DNA of 64,000 nucleotides from an uncultured Bacilli bacterium (GTDB lineage Bacteria; Bacillota_I; Bacilli_A; RF39; UBA660): NCBI GenBank assembly GCA_944372545.1, contig CALVZO010000016.1, positions 21,668 to 85,667 of the forward strand, read 5' to 3'. Shown piece by piece: positions 21,917 to 30,683 of this stretch (position 1 is its first letter; each line of letters starts with the position of its first letter). The notes under the pieces were generated by a model. It saw only the letters and a program-made list of their open reading frames with translations, ran no database searches and was not told where the DNA came from. The position numbers and the translations under genes were made by a program.

Positions 21917-22232
21917 CTCCCAATAAATTATCTAATATTTTTTTATTTCTTTCCCACTCACTACATTTATCTTTTAAATAAACGCAACCTTTATCAGTAA
22001 TTTTATAATATTTTCTTCTTGCCCCTTCTTCATTATCACTCCAATAATGTCTAATTAAATCATTTTGTTCCATTCTTTTAAAGGCTAAGTAAATGGTGGC
22101 ATCTTTAATATTTAATAAATTATCTGTCTTCTCTATTATTTTTCTTGATATTTTATACCCATAAGAATCACTTTCCTTTAAAATATTTAAAATAATTGCC
22201 TCAGTAAATCCTCTTAATATATCTGCGTTCAT
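21894..22232 (-). CDS. PadR-family transcriptional regulator
   Basis: 112 aa. The winged-HTH YGYKISRKIIEKT...RRKYYKITDKG is characteristic of PadR. Confidence 0.8.
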   Translation of the reverse strand: MNADILRGFTEAIILNILKESDSYGYKISRKIIEKTDNLLNIKDATIYLAFKRMEQNDLIRHYWSDNEEGARRKYYKITDKGCVYLKDKCSEWERNKKILDNLLGDAYEGKI

Positions 22233-22344
22233 ATTTGCTCCTATATATACATAATAACATTATATATAATTTATCATAATATATGCTAAGTGTAAATAAA
22301 GAGAAAATGAAAATTTTGTGAATAAAAAAAATAAGAAATTAATC

Positions 22345-24753
22345 TTACTCTTTATCTAAAGTAATCTCTATTACTTCATAATCACTATCTTTTTTACTTA
22401 ATTCTAAATCTTCAATAAATAAAGTTGCTTTAAAATCTTTAATGGCTGTATTTATTGCGTTTTCTAAATCTGGGTTTACTCCTAAATGTAATTTTTTAAT
22501 TATAGTTTTTAAAGATAAATTATTATTAGATTTTTCTCCTCTTGCTAAACTGATTATATCTACTAAATCATTACCATTTTTTATTTCTTCACTAAAGTCA
22601 TACTCTAATGGCTTAATAGTAGTATGGTGAATTGATTTTTCTTTTTTAAATAATTCTTGATAAATCTCTTCCGTAACAAATGGGAAGAAAATACTAAAAT
22701 CTTGTAATAGTTTATATAATAGCATATAAACTGTCTTTTGACCTGAATATCTTGGAATTTCTCCAAATTCTTCGGGGCGATATAAACGATGTTTAACAAT
22801 TTCAATATAATTATCACAAAAGTTCCAAAAGAATTTTTCTAAAGTATTTAAGGCAAGTCCTACTTCATACTCATCTAAATATTTAAGAAATCCTTTTTCC
22901 ATTTCTTGGAATACTCCTAAAATCCATTTATCAATATATTCGAAATCATTAAATTCCTTATCTTCATAATCTTGTAAGTGCATTTCAATAAATTTAGAAA
23001 CGTTCCATATTTTATTTATTAACTTTTTACCTCTTAAAAGGGTTTCTTCACTAAAGACAATATCAGTACCAAGTCGGCCAGAGCCAGCCCAATAACGAAT
23101 TACATCGGCAGAATATTCCGAGATTAATTCTAGTGGCTCAACTTTACTATTACCTTTAGATTTACTAATCTTTTCACCCTTACTAGCCATTACAAAGCCA
23201 GATATCATAACATTATCCCAAGGCCGTTCATTAAAATGATAGAAACTCTTAACTATTGTATAAAAATCCCAAGTTCTAATTATTTCTGAGGCATTAGTTC
23301 TTAGACTCATTGGTCTTAACATTTTTTCATAATTTTCTTTTTCTTTGTAACGCATATTGATTAGTGGTGTAACTGATGATGTTGCCCATGTATCCATAAC
23401 ATCTGATTCAGGAATAAATAAAGTTCCCCCACATTTTGGACATTTATCTAATGCGGGCTTATCTACTAATGGATTAACTGGTAAGTCTTCTTCCCTCGCA
23501 AGAATTACTTCCCCACATTTTTCACAATACCAAACTGGAAATGGTACGCCAAAATATCTTTGTCTTGATATACACCAGTCCCAAGCCACATTACTTACCC
23601 ACTCATTATATCTTGCTTGCATATAAGAAGGGTGCCATTTTATTTCTTCACCTATTTTTAAGAAATCTTCTTTATGATTCATAATATCAATAAACCATTG
23701 ATTCATAACGGCATATTCTACTTCCCGGCCACATCTTTCATGAGTTTGCACTTCATGTTCTAATTCTTCAATTTTTACAATGTATCCGCCTTCATTTAAA
23801 TCTTCAATAATTTTTTTTCTGGCTTCTTTTATAGTTAAGCCACCATATTTAGGAACACTCTCTTCTATCATACCATCTTTAGTAAAAATATTTTTTAATG
23901 GTAAATTATATTTTTTCCACCATTCAATATCGGTTTGATCGCCAAAAGTACAACACATAACAATACCTGTTCCCTTTTCAGAATCTACTTTTTCATCAGC
24001 AAGTATTGGCACTTCAACATCAATTATAGGAATATGGGCAGTTTTCCCAATTAAATGATTATGAACTTCATCATTTGGATTTACAAATATACAAACTATT
24101 GCTGGAATTAATTCTGGTCTTGTTGTTGCAATAGTAAATACTTCGCCATCGGTCGTTTCATAATTAATATAATTAAAAGTTGTCTTAATTGTTTTTGTTT
24201 CTAATTCCGCTTGAGCAATTGAAGTTAAACACTCATTACACCATAAAGCCGGACTCATTTTATGATAACTTTTATTCTTTTTAACTAAATCCAAAAATGA
24301 TAATTGACTAATCTTTATAGTTTGGGGACTAACTGTCTTATAATGAATATTCCAGTCGGTACTTACACCCATTTTACTAAATAATTCTTGAAAACTAAGT
24401 TCATATTTATCAGTCGTTTCATAACAAAGGCGAGCAAATTCTTCTCTTCCGATAACCGAGGCTTTCTTACTTTGTTCTTTTTCAACTAATCTTTCACTAG
24501 GCAAACCATTATCATCAAACCCAAAAGGATAAAACACATTAAATCCTCTTAATCTTTTATATCTTGCTATCATTTCAGTTTGAGAATAAGAAAAAATATG
24601 ACCTATATGAATATTACCGCTTACTGTTGGTGGTGGTGTATCAATTGAATATACTTCCCTATTATCAGGAATAAATTCATATATTTTTTCATCTTCCCAA
24701 TATTTTCGCCATTTTTCTTCTTTTTCTTTCGCAATATACTTCTTATCTAACAT
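22345..24753 (-). CDS. valS: class I aminoacyl-tRNA ligase with a CP1 editing domain, most similar to ValRS (start moved to MLDKKY; the upstream extension in the ORF track is the T-box leader)
   Basis: PPPTVSGNIHIGH (HIGH), KISKSKGN (a KMSKS variant), DWCISRQRYFG, and GKKLINKIWNVSKF (ValRS-like anticodon-domain motif). It lacks the C-terminal coiled coil. Its leader is a T-box. Confidence 0.6.
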   Translation of the reverse strand: MLDKKYIAKEKEEKWRKYWEDEKIYEFIPDNREVYSIDTPPPTVSGNIHIGHIFSYSQTEMIARYKRLRGFNVFYPFGFDDNGLPSERLVEKEQSKKASVIGREEFARLCYETTDKYELSFQELFSKMGVSTDWNIHYKTVSPQTIKISQLSFLDLVKKNKSYHKMSPALWCNECLTSIAQAELETKTIKTTFNYINYETTDGEVFTIATTRPELIPAIVCIFVNPNDEVHNHLIGKTAHIPIIDVEVPILADEKVDSEKGTGIVMCCTFGDQTDIEWWKKYNLPLKNIFTKDGMIEESVPKYGGLTIKEARKKIIEDLNEGGYIVKIEELEHEVQTHERCGREVEYAVMNQWFIDIMNHKEDFLKIGEEIKWHPSYMQARYNEWVSNVAWDWCISRQRYFGVPFPVWYCEKCGEVILAREEDLPVNPLVDKPALDKCPKCGGTLFIPESDVMDTWATSSVTPLINMRYKEKENYEKMLRPMSLRTNASEIIRTWDFYTIVKSFYHFNERPWDNVMISGFVMASKGEKISKSKGNSKVEPLELISEYSADVIRYWAGSGRLGTDIVFSEETLLRGKKLINKIWNVSKFIEMHLQDYEDKEFNDFEYIDKWILGVFQEMEKGFLKYLDEYEVGLALNTLEKFFWNFCDNYIEIVKHRLYRPEEFGEIPRYSGQKTVYMLLYKLLQDFSIFFPFVTEEIYQELFKKEKSIHHTTIKPLEYDFSEEIKNGNDLVDIISLARGEKSNNNLSLKTIIKKLHLGVNPDLENAINTAIKDFKATLFIEDLELSKKDSDYEVIEITLDKE

Positions 24754-24960
24754 AATAAAACCCTTTCTTTCATATAAAAAAAGGTAATACCAAAGGGCGA
24801 GTAAATCCCGCGGTACCACCTTTATTTTTTCTCTTCAATTATAAAGCATTGCTGCTATTCATATTCCATTGCAACAAATAAACTCTTTCTTTTATTAGTT
24901 CGCACCTTCCACTAACTCTCTTTAAAATACTTGAATATATTCCTCAATTTCTTCATATGA
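24754..24960 (-). promoter_or_regulatory. T-box riboswitch leader of the ValRS-like gene
   Basis: On the minus strand: Stem I with an AGAGAG bulge and the distal hairpin UUAGU-GGAAGGUGCGA-ACUAA. The T-box core AAAGGUGGUACCGCGGG (24807..24823) is followed by a terminator helix that sequesters GGUGGUACC (pairing with GGUAUUACC) and then U7. By eye the specifier is ambiguous, either GUU or UUU in GAAAGAGUUUA. Confidence 0.75.
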
Positions 24961-24984
24961 ATTTTTTATATTCTAACAAATTAT

Positions 24985-25911
24985 TTAAGTAAGTTCAATA
25001 GTTTCAACAACATTTCCATTAACTTTTATATCAATTTTAGTATCAGTTTTTTCTAAATCTACTTCACTACTATTATCAGTAAGTGTATAACTTCCTAAAT
25101 AATTTACTCCTAAATTTTCATACACCAATACAAATGTATCAGTAATTATACCTATATAATTATCTAAAATAACATAATCTTTAATATTATAATCAGTTAA
25201 ATATTCATAATTTTCATAACTATAAATTCTTACTTTATCTTGATTTTTAGATATAATATATTCATTTGTATAATCTATTATTGGATCATCTATTAATCCT
25301 GTAATTGTAGATCCCGCACTATTTACAATAGACCACTTATTATCTTTTAAGACAATAAAATTATCTGCTTTTAATGAACCATCTTCATTTAAATTATTAA
25401 TTAAACCAATAAAATCATATTGAAATGGTAAAACGCTTCTTAAAGTACTACCAATAGATAGAACACCCCAAACATTATTACTATTTTGAACTATATAAAT
25501 ATTATTTTCAATACTAGTATTATAATATTTAATGGCTTTATAAGTTTGTAAGTTACTTCCTGTATTAGTGGCATATAAATAAATTGCTGAGCCATCATTT
25601 ATAAATGTATATTTTTCATCAACTATTGGCGCCTTTGTAACAGCCCCATCTTTATAATAATTAATTCCATATGTATTATCATCAATTAAAGAAGATGCAA
25701 AATCACATACTTCTGTTTGACACTCATAATAACTTAAGAATTTATCTTCACTATCATAAAAATATATTTTTCTTTCATAATATATTTCATGATTAGGATT
25801 TTCTTCCATAATACCTATATTATTAGTATTTAAAATACCTATAATAGATAGAGGAGTAAATATTAAAAGTAATACAACAATAGTTATTAATACACTTTTT
25901 CTATTCTCCAT
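24985..25911 (-). CDS. membrane-anchored WG-repeat (KWG-like) protein, hypothetical
   Basis: N-terminal TM helix. Repeated segments of the form ..NVWGVLS.G..L..PFQYDFIG.. and ..NKWSIVNSAG..I.GLIDDPI. Confidence 0.45.
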   Translation of the reverse strand: MENRKSVLITIVVLLLIFTPLSIIGILNTNNIGIMEENPNHEIYYERKIYFYDSEDKFLSYYECQTEVCDFASSLIDDNTYGINYYKDGAVTKAPIVDEKYTFINDGSAIYLYATNTGSNLQTYKAIKYYNTSIENNIYIVQNSNNVWGVLSIGSTLRSVLPFQYDFIGLINNLNEDGSLKADNFIVLKDNKWSIVNSAGSTITGLIDDPIIDYTNEYIISKNQDKVRIYSYENYEYLTDYNIKDYVILDNYIGIITDTFVLVYENLGVNYLGSYTLTDNSSEVDLEKTDTKIDIKVNGNVVETIELT

Positions 25912-27835
25912 CTTCTACCTCTTCACTATTATTTACTATTAATTTACCAGTTGTATCATAATTATACTCAGTACCATCAACAGTTATTTTAAATCCATTA
26001 GTAAAATCGATTTCATAATTACTACTATTAATAATTAAATCATTTTGTAATACTCCTAAAGTATTATCATATCTATAAATATTTAATTTATTATTATTAA
26101 CCCCAACATAATAATTAGCATAAAGTTTTATATCGCTAAATTCATTACTTATTTTTGTAAATGTATTATTATATAAACTATATGTTTTATCTTTACTTAA
26201 TAATTTATAATAATTATTTTCTAAAACAATACTTTCATAACTAAAAGCTACTTTTCCTTGTACTTTTTCACTAGTAATTTCAACTACTCCATAATTACCT
26301 TTATTATTACCTGTTGCGGCCTTTGCTATTATATAAGATGAACTAGTATAAATTTGTCTAATTTGATTATCAAGTTCTGTATCTTTAACTATTTCTATTT
26401 CACTATAAGTACCCATTACTTTCTTATCTTTCAAACTATATAAATAATATACTTTATTCTCAGTATCAGCATAATCATAAATAAATATATATTCATTATT
26501 ATATATACCACTTATACCTTCTTCATTATAATATATACCACAATTTGTAAGATTAGTTTCACTACTTGTTACTGTATTTTTATTCTTACATGAATAAGTT
26601 CCTAAAATATCTACTTTATCTTCATCACTATATATATATAATTTATTATCTAAATAACTTAAATAACTATATATACTACTTAATTTACCTTCTAGTATAT
26701 TATAAGTTTTAGTATCATTTCCAATAACTACATTAACATTATCATTACTAATATTTATTTCATAACTTTTCTTAGTGTCAATTAATCTATTATTACTATT
26801 ATACACATATTCTTTAACATAATCAGTATTATTTAATCTAATACCATCTTCCATTAATTTATTTAGTTCGCTATCAATTAAATATAAACGTTTACTTTTA
26901 ACTAAAGCAATTACTTTATCATGGAGAGAAATAAATTCATAATCACTTAATAATTCTTCATTTTCATAATTATATAAGGCATAAGTATTATTTACCTCAG
27001 TAACTATATAATTACTATCAGCACTTTTAATAGTTCCCATCATATTAGAACTTAATTTTTTTCCTTCAATATCAATTATATAGTAATTTTCTTTATCTTG
27101 GGCTAAGACTAATAATTCATCATTATTTATAATACTTAAATTATCATATGATGGTCTAATTAAATATTCAAAACCATCTTCCTTTATTTCAATTATTCCA
27201 ACTTTTCCATCTTCATCAGTTATTACTACAATATCTCTACTAGTATCATAACTTTTAATATTTGTAACTTCTAATAAAGTTTCTTGACTATCAAAATCAT
27301 ATAAAAATGTTTTTTCATTATCACTTATAAAGATAAATTTATTAAGATATATTTTACTATTTTCAACTAATTCTTCTCCATTTTCATAAATGCTTTTTAC
27401 TCTATCAAAAGAATCAGTTTCATAATTATTTTTGGTAACAAAACATAACTCACTATTCTTATTTTCACACTCATAACTACCAAGTTCTTTTTCATTATTA
27501 TCTAAAAAGATTAATTTACCATTTTCATAACGATAAGTGTCTTTTTCCACAATTACTGGCTCTTCTACTACTTCTTTTTCTTTATCTTTCTTAAATACAA
27601 AGAAATATAAAAGTAGAAAAATAACTATTAACGCAATAACAATAGAAGTAATAATTATTATTTTTTGCTTCTTTGTTAAATTTAATTTCTTTCTTTTTTT
27701 CTTTTTATTATTCCCATCATCTTTTTTTTCAGTTTCTTCCTTTATTAATTCTTCTAAAGTCTTGGTATTAGTATCTTCATTATCACTACTAATTTCAATT
27801 ATTTCGTTTTCATAATTAAATTCGTTCATAATCAA
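25901..27835 (-). CDS. large membrane-anchored repeat protein related to the downstream WG-repeat protein, hypothetical
   Basis: 644 aa. A K-rich N-terminus is followed by one TM helix, then many degenerate repeats of about 40 aa rich in Y/N/D. It overlaps the next gene by 11 nt. Confidence 0.5.
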   Translation of the reverse strand: MIMNEFNYENEIIEISSDNEDTNTKTLEELIKEETEKKDDGNNKKKKRKKLNLTKKQKIIIITSIVIALIVIFLLLYFFVFKKDKEKEVVEEPVIVEKDTYRYENGKLIFLDNNEKELGSYECENKNSELCFVTKNNYETDSFDRVKSIYENGEELVENSKIYLNKFIFISDNEKTFLYDFDSQETLLEVTNIKSYDTSRDIVVITDEDGKVGIIEIKEDGFEYLIRPSYDNLSIINNDELLVLAQDKENYYIIDIEGKKLSSNMMGTIKSADSNYIVTEVNNTYALYNYENEELLSDYEFISLHDKVIALVKSKRLYLIDSELNKLMEDGIRLNNTDYVKEYVYNSNNRLIDTKKSYEINISNDNVNVVIGNDTKTYNILEGKLSSIYSYLSYLDNKLYIYSDEDKVDILGTYSCKNKNTVTSSETNLTNCGIYYNEEGISGIYNNEYIFIYDYADTENKVYYLYSLKDKKVMGTYSEIEIVKDTELDNQIRQIYTSSSYIIAKAATGNNKGNYGVVEITSEKVQGKVAFSYESIVLENNYYKLLSKDKTYSLYNNTFTKISNEFSDIKLYANYYVGVNNNKLNIYRYDNTLGVLQNDLIINSSNYEIDFTNGFKITVDGTEYNYDTTGKLIVNNSEEVEDGE

Positions 27836-27882
27836 CTCTCCATATTCTTCTTAATTATATCATAATTTTACTCTAATTCAAA

Positions 27883-30069
27883 CTATATATGAACGGGGTC
27901 AATATCAATTTCTAATTTTGTAGTATTATCATACAAATACATTTCATCAATATATTTTAATACTTCCATTATTTTATTATCAAAACGATATTTTATCACG
28001 ATAGAAAAACGATACATATTATTTGCTTTAAATAAACTATGGGTAGAAGGACCTAAAACAATTGATGTTTTATCTAATTTATCTTTTAATATTGTACATA
28101 TTTTGTTGGCACTCTCTAATGCTTTCTTATAATCTTTATCTATTACTTTTATTCCTATTAAATAATAATATGGTGGGTATTTTAATATTTTTCTAATATT
28201 CATTTCATAATTATAAAAATAATTAAAATTATTGTTTTCTACACACTTTAAAACAGTATTATCGGGATTAAAGGTTTGAATTATTACACTTCCTAAAATA
28301 TCACTTCTTCCCGCTCTTCCACTTGCTTGATATAAAAGTGAAAATGTTCTTTCATTACTTCTAAAATCAGGAATATTTAAAGTGCTATCGGCATTAATAA
28401 TTCCTACTAAAGATACTTTGGGAAAATCTAGCCCTTTACTAATCATTTGAGTCCCCAATAAACAGTCATATTGATAATTTTTAAAATCATTAATTATTTT
28501 TTCATGACTACCTTTTTTTGTTGTCGTATCTTGGTCCATTCTAATAATTCTCATTTTTGGAAACAATTTCTTTAATTCCATTTCTACTTTTTCAGTACCA
28601 AGTCCTAAATAATTTAGGCCATCATGCCAACAATTTGGACACATATCACTTTTTTTAGTAGTATAGCCACAATAATGACATCTTAAATTATTAGTACTTT
28701 TATGATAAGTCAAAGTAATGTCACAATTTGGACATTTATAAGTATAACCACAATAAGAACAAGTAATAATAGTCGAAAACCCTCTTCTATTTAATAAAAT
28801 TATCATTTGTTCTTTTTTCTCTAATTTTTCTTTTATATTTTTTATTAACTCTTCACTAAATATAAAATTTCCTTTTTCTCTTTCTTTTTGCATATCGACA
28901 ATTTTTACTTGAGGTAAATTACTTAAACCCGCTCTCTTTCTTAAAAATAAATGTTTATATACCCCTTTAATAGCCCTACTTCTAGTTTCAAGTAATGGTG
29001 TTGCACTTCCTAAAACAAGAGGAACATTATGATAATTACATCTAAATTTAGCCACATCAATTGCGTTGTACCGTGGAGTACTCTCTTGTTTATAAGTATC
29101 ACTATGTTCTTCATCAATTATAACTATCCCTAAATTTTGAAGAGGCATAAATATTGCAGATCTAGTACCAATTACTACCGATACTTCTCCTCTTAATATT
29201 TTTAAGTATTCATCATACTTCTCACCATTTGATAATTGACTATGAAAGATAGCAACAGAACTACCAAACCAAGCATAAAAACGATTCACTACTTGCATAG
29301 TCAAACTAATTTCCGGAAGCAATAATATGGCTGTTTTTCCATTATTTATAACATTTTCTATTAAATTTAAATAAACTTCTGTCTTTCCAGACCCAGTAAC
29401 TCCTTCAAGTAAAAATGTTTCAAATTTATTTGTATTCTTAATAACTTCATAAGCATATTTTTGTTCTTCATTTAATTCATATTTTACAATACCCCTATCT
29501 TTACTTTTATTAATTCTATATTCTTGCTCTTTAACTTCTTTTATTAACCCTTTATTAATTAAACTTTTTACTAAAGAATAATTATATCTATTTTTTAATA
29601 CTTTTTTCTCATTTAAAATATCTTGTAATAATTCATTTTGTTTCTTACCTCTTTTATTATTTAAAATATATTCATTAATAATATATTCATTTTTATCTAA
29701 CAATAAATAAGTTTTATAATAATTATAATTAGTATTTATTTCTTTAATCTTTAGGGAACTTGGAAGCATTGCTTGATAAGCACTGATTAAAGGACATAAT
29801 GTTTTTTCTTTAATATAATGACCTAATTTTATTAATTCTTTATTTAATATTAATTCTTTATCTACAATACTATCTATTTCTTTTAATTCATACTCGCTAT
29901 TAAAATTATTAGTTATATTTATTACAAAACCATAAACTACTTTTGAATTGAAAGGTACTTTTACTTTCATTCCTATTTGTAAATATTCTTGCATATTAAA
30001 AGGTACTTTATATGTAAAGTATTTATCTATTTTTTTACTTGGATATTCAATTAATATTTCTGCATACAT
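27883..30069 (-). CDS. priA: primosomal protein N' (replication-restart helicase PriA)
   Basis: 728 aa. Walker A GVTGSGKTEVYL, DEEH box, and a Cys4 zinc-binding insertion CSYCGYTYKCPNCD...CHYCGY. Confidence 0.88.
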   Translation of the reverse strand: MYAEILIEYPSKKIDKYFTYKVPFNMQEYLQIGMKVKVPFNSKVVYGFVINITNNFNSEYELKEIDSIVDKELILNKELIKLGHYIKEKTLCPLISAYQAMLPSSLKIKEINTNYNYYKTYLLLDKNEYIINEYILNNKRGKKQNELLQDILNEKKVLKNRYNYSLVKSLINKGLIKEVKEQEYRINKSKDRGIVKYELNEEQKYAYEVIKNTNKFETFLLEGVTGSGKTEVYLNLIENVINNGKTAILLLPEISLTMQVVNRFYAWFGSSVAIFHSQLSNGEKYDEYLKILRGEVSVVIGTRSAIFMPLQNLGIVIIDEEHSDTYKQESTPRYNAIDVAKFRCNYHNVPLVLGSATPLLETRSRAIKGVYKHLFLRKRAGLSNLPQVKIVDMQKEREKGNFIFSEELIKNIKEKLEKKEQMIILLNRRGFSTIITCSYCGYTYKCPNCDITLTYHKSTNNLRCHYCGYTTKKSDMCPNCWHDGLNYLGLGTEKVEMELKKLFPKMRIIRMDQDTTTKKGSHEKIINDFKNYQYDCLLGTQMISKGLDFPKVSLVGIINADSTLNIPDFRSNERTFSLLYQASGRAGRSDILGSVIIQTFNPDNTVLKCVENNNFNYFYNYEMNIRKILKYPPYYYLIGIKVIDKDYKKALESANKICTILKDKLDKTSIVLGPSTHSLFKANNMYRFSIVIKYRFDNKIMEVLKYIDEMYLYDNTTKLEIDIDPVHI

Positions 30070-30167
30070 AATAATTACCTTTCTTTAACAATTATAAGAT
30101 AAATATTGAGAAAATAAAACTATCTTTTATTGACATCTATCTATTATTATGATACTTTTTATACAGA

Positions 30168-30241
30168 AACAGGTTATTCCTTAAACCGACTCGCTGATTA
30201 TTTATTGTTCAGAAGACCGGTCGGAATAGCCTGTTTTTTAT
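30168..30241. terminator. unusually long imperfect hairpin (13-bp outer stem AACAGGTTATTCC / GGAATAGCCTGTT with nested inner helices) followed by T7 on the plus strand; a terminator or small structured RNA
   Basis: Read directly. A TTGACA box lies about 35 nt upstream on the plus strand. No CDS on either strand. Confidence 0.4.
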
Positions 30242-30435
30242 TATTTCTTTAAGTAAAAATAATCTTTGTAAACGATAATGTTTTTGACTATTTATTATTA
30301 ATGTAACATAATACTACCATTTTTTGAATTGTAACCGTTTTTTAGTTTCTTCTTCAACCGACATAATTTCGATAATTATAAAATATTCCCTCCTATAATA
30401 TATTTACTGCATTTTTCTTTAATTTCCTTTTTTTC

Positions 30436-30460
30436 CATTAAAAAACACTAATTACATAGT
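30436..30460 (-). terminator. intrinsic terminator of the nusB-xseA-xseB transcript (AACACTA-loop-TAGTGTT followed by a U run on the minus strand)
   Basis: 7-bp stem immediately after the xseB stop. Confidence 0.5.
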
Positions 30461-30461
30461 G

Positions 30462-30683
30462 TTAATCTTCTTTGACATCAAAGTCTTTAAGTTCTCCATC
30501 ACTTGCTAATATTTTATTAACTTTTTCAGTAGCGGCATTTAATTTATCACTACAATTCTTAGCAAGAGCCATTGCTTCAGTATATTTATTTATGGCATCT
30601 TCTAAAGCAACATTACCGCTTTCTAATTCTTTAACTAACTCTTCTAAACTTTTTAAACTTTCTTCAAATGTTTTTTCTATCAT
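30462..30683 (-). CDS. xseB: exodeoxyribonuclease VII small subunit
   Basis: 73 aa, matching the XseB coiled-coil pattern (FEESLKSLEELVKELESG). Confidence 0.85.
   Translation of the reverse strand: MIEKTFEESLKSLEELVKELESGNVALEDAINKYTEAMALAKNCSDKLNAATEKVNKILASDGELKDFDVKED

Noticed and set aside
24754-24819. N-terminal 22-aa extension of the valS ORF (MVPRDLLALWYYLFLYERKGFI).
   Set aside because: This stretch is the T-box core and terminator of the leader, read in frame. The real start is MLDKKY at 24753, which has its own SD.
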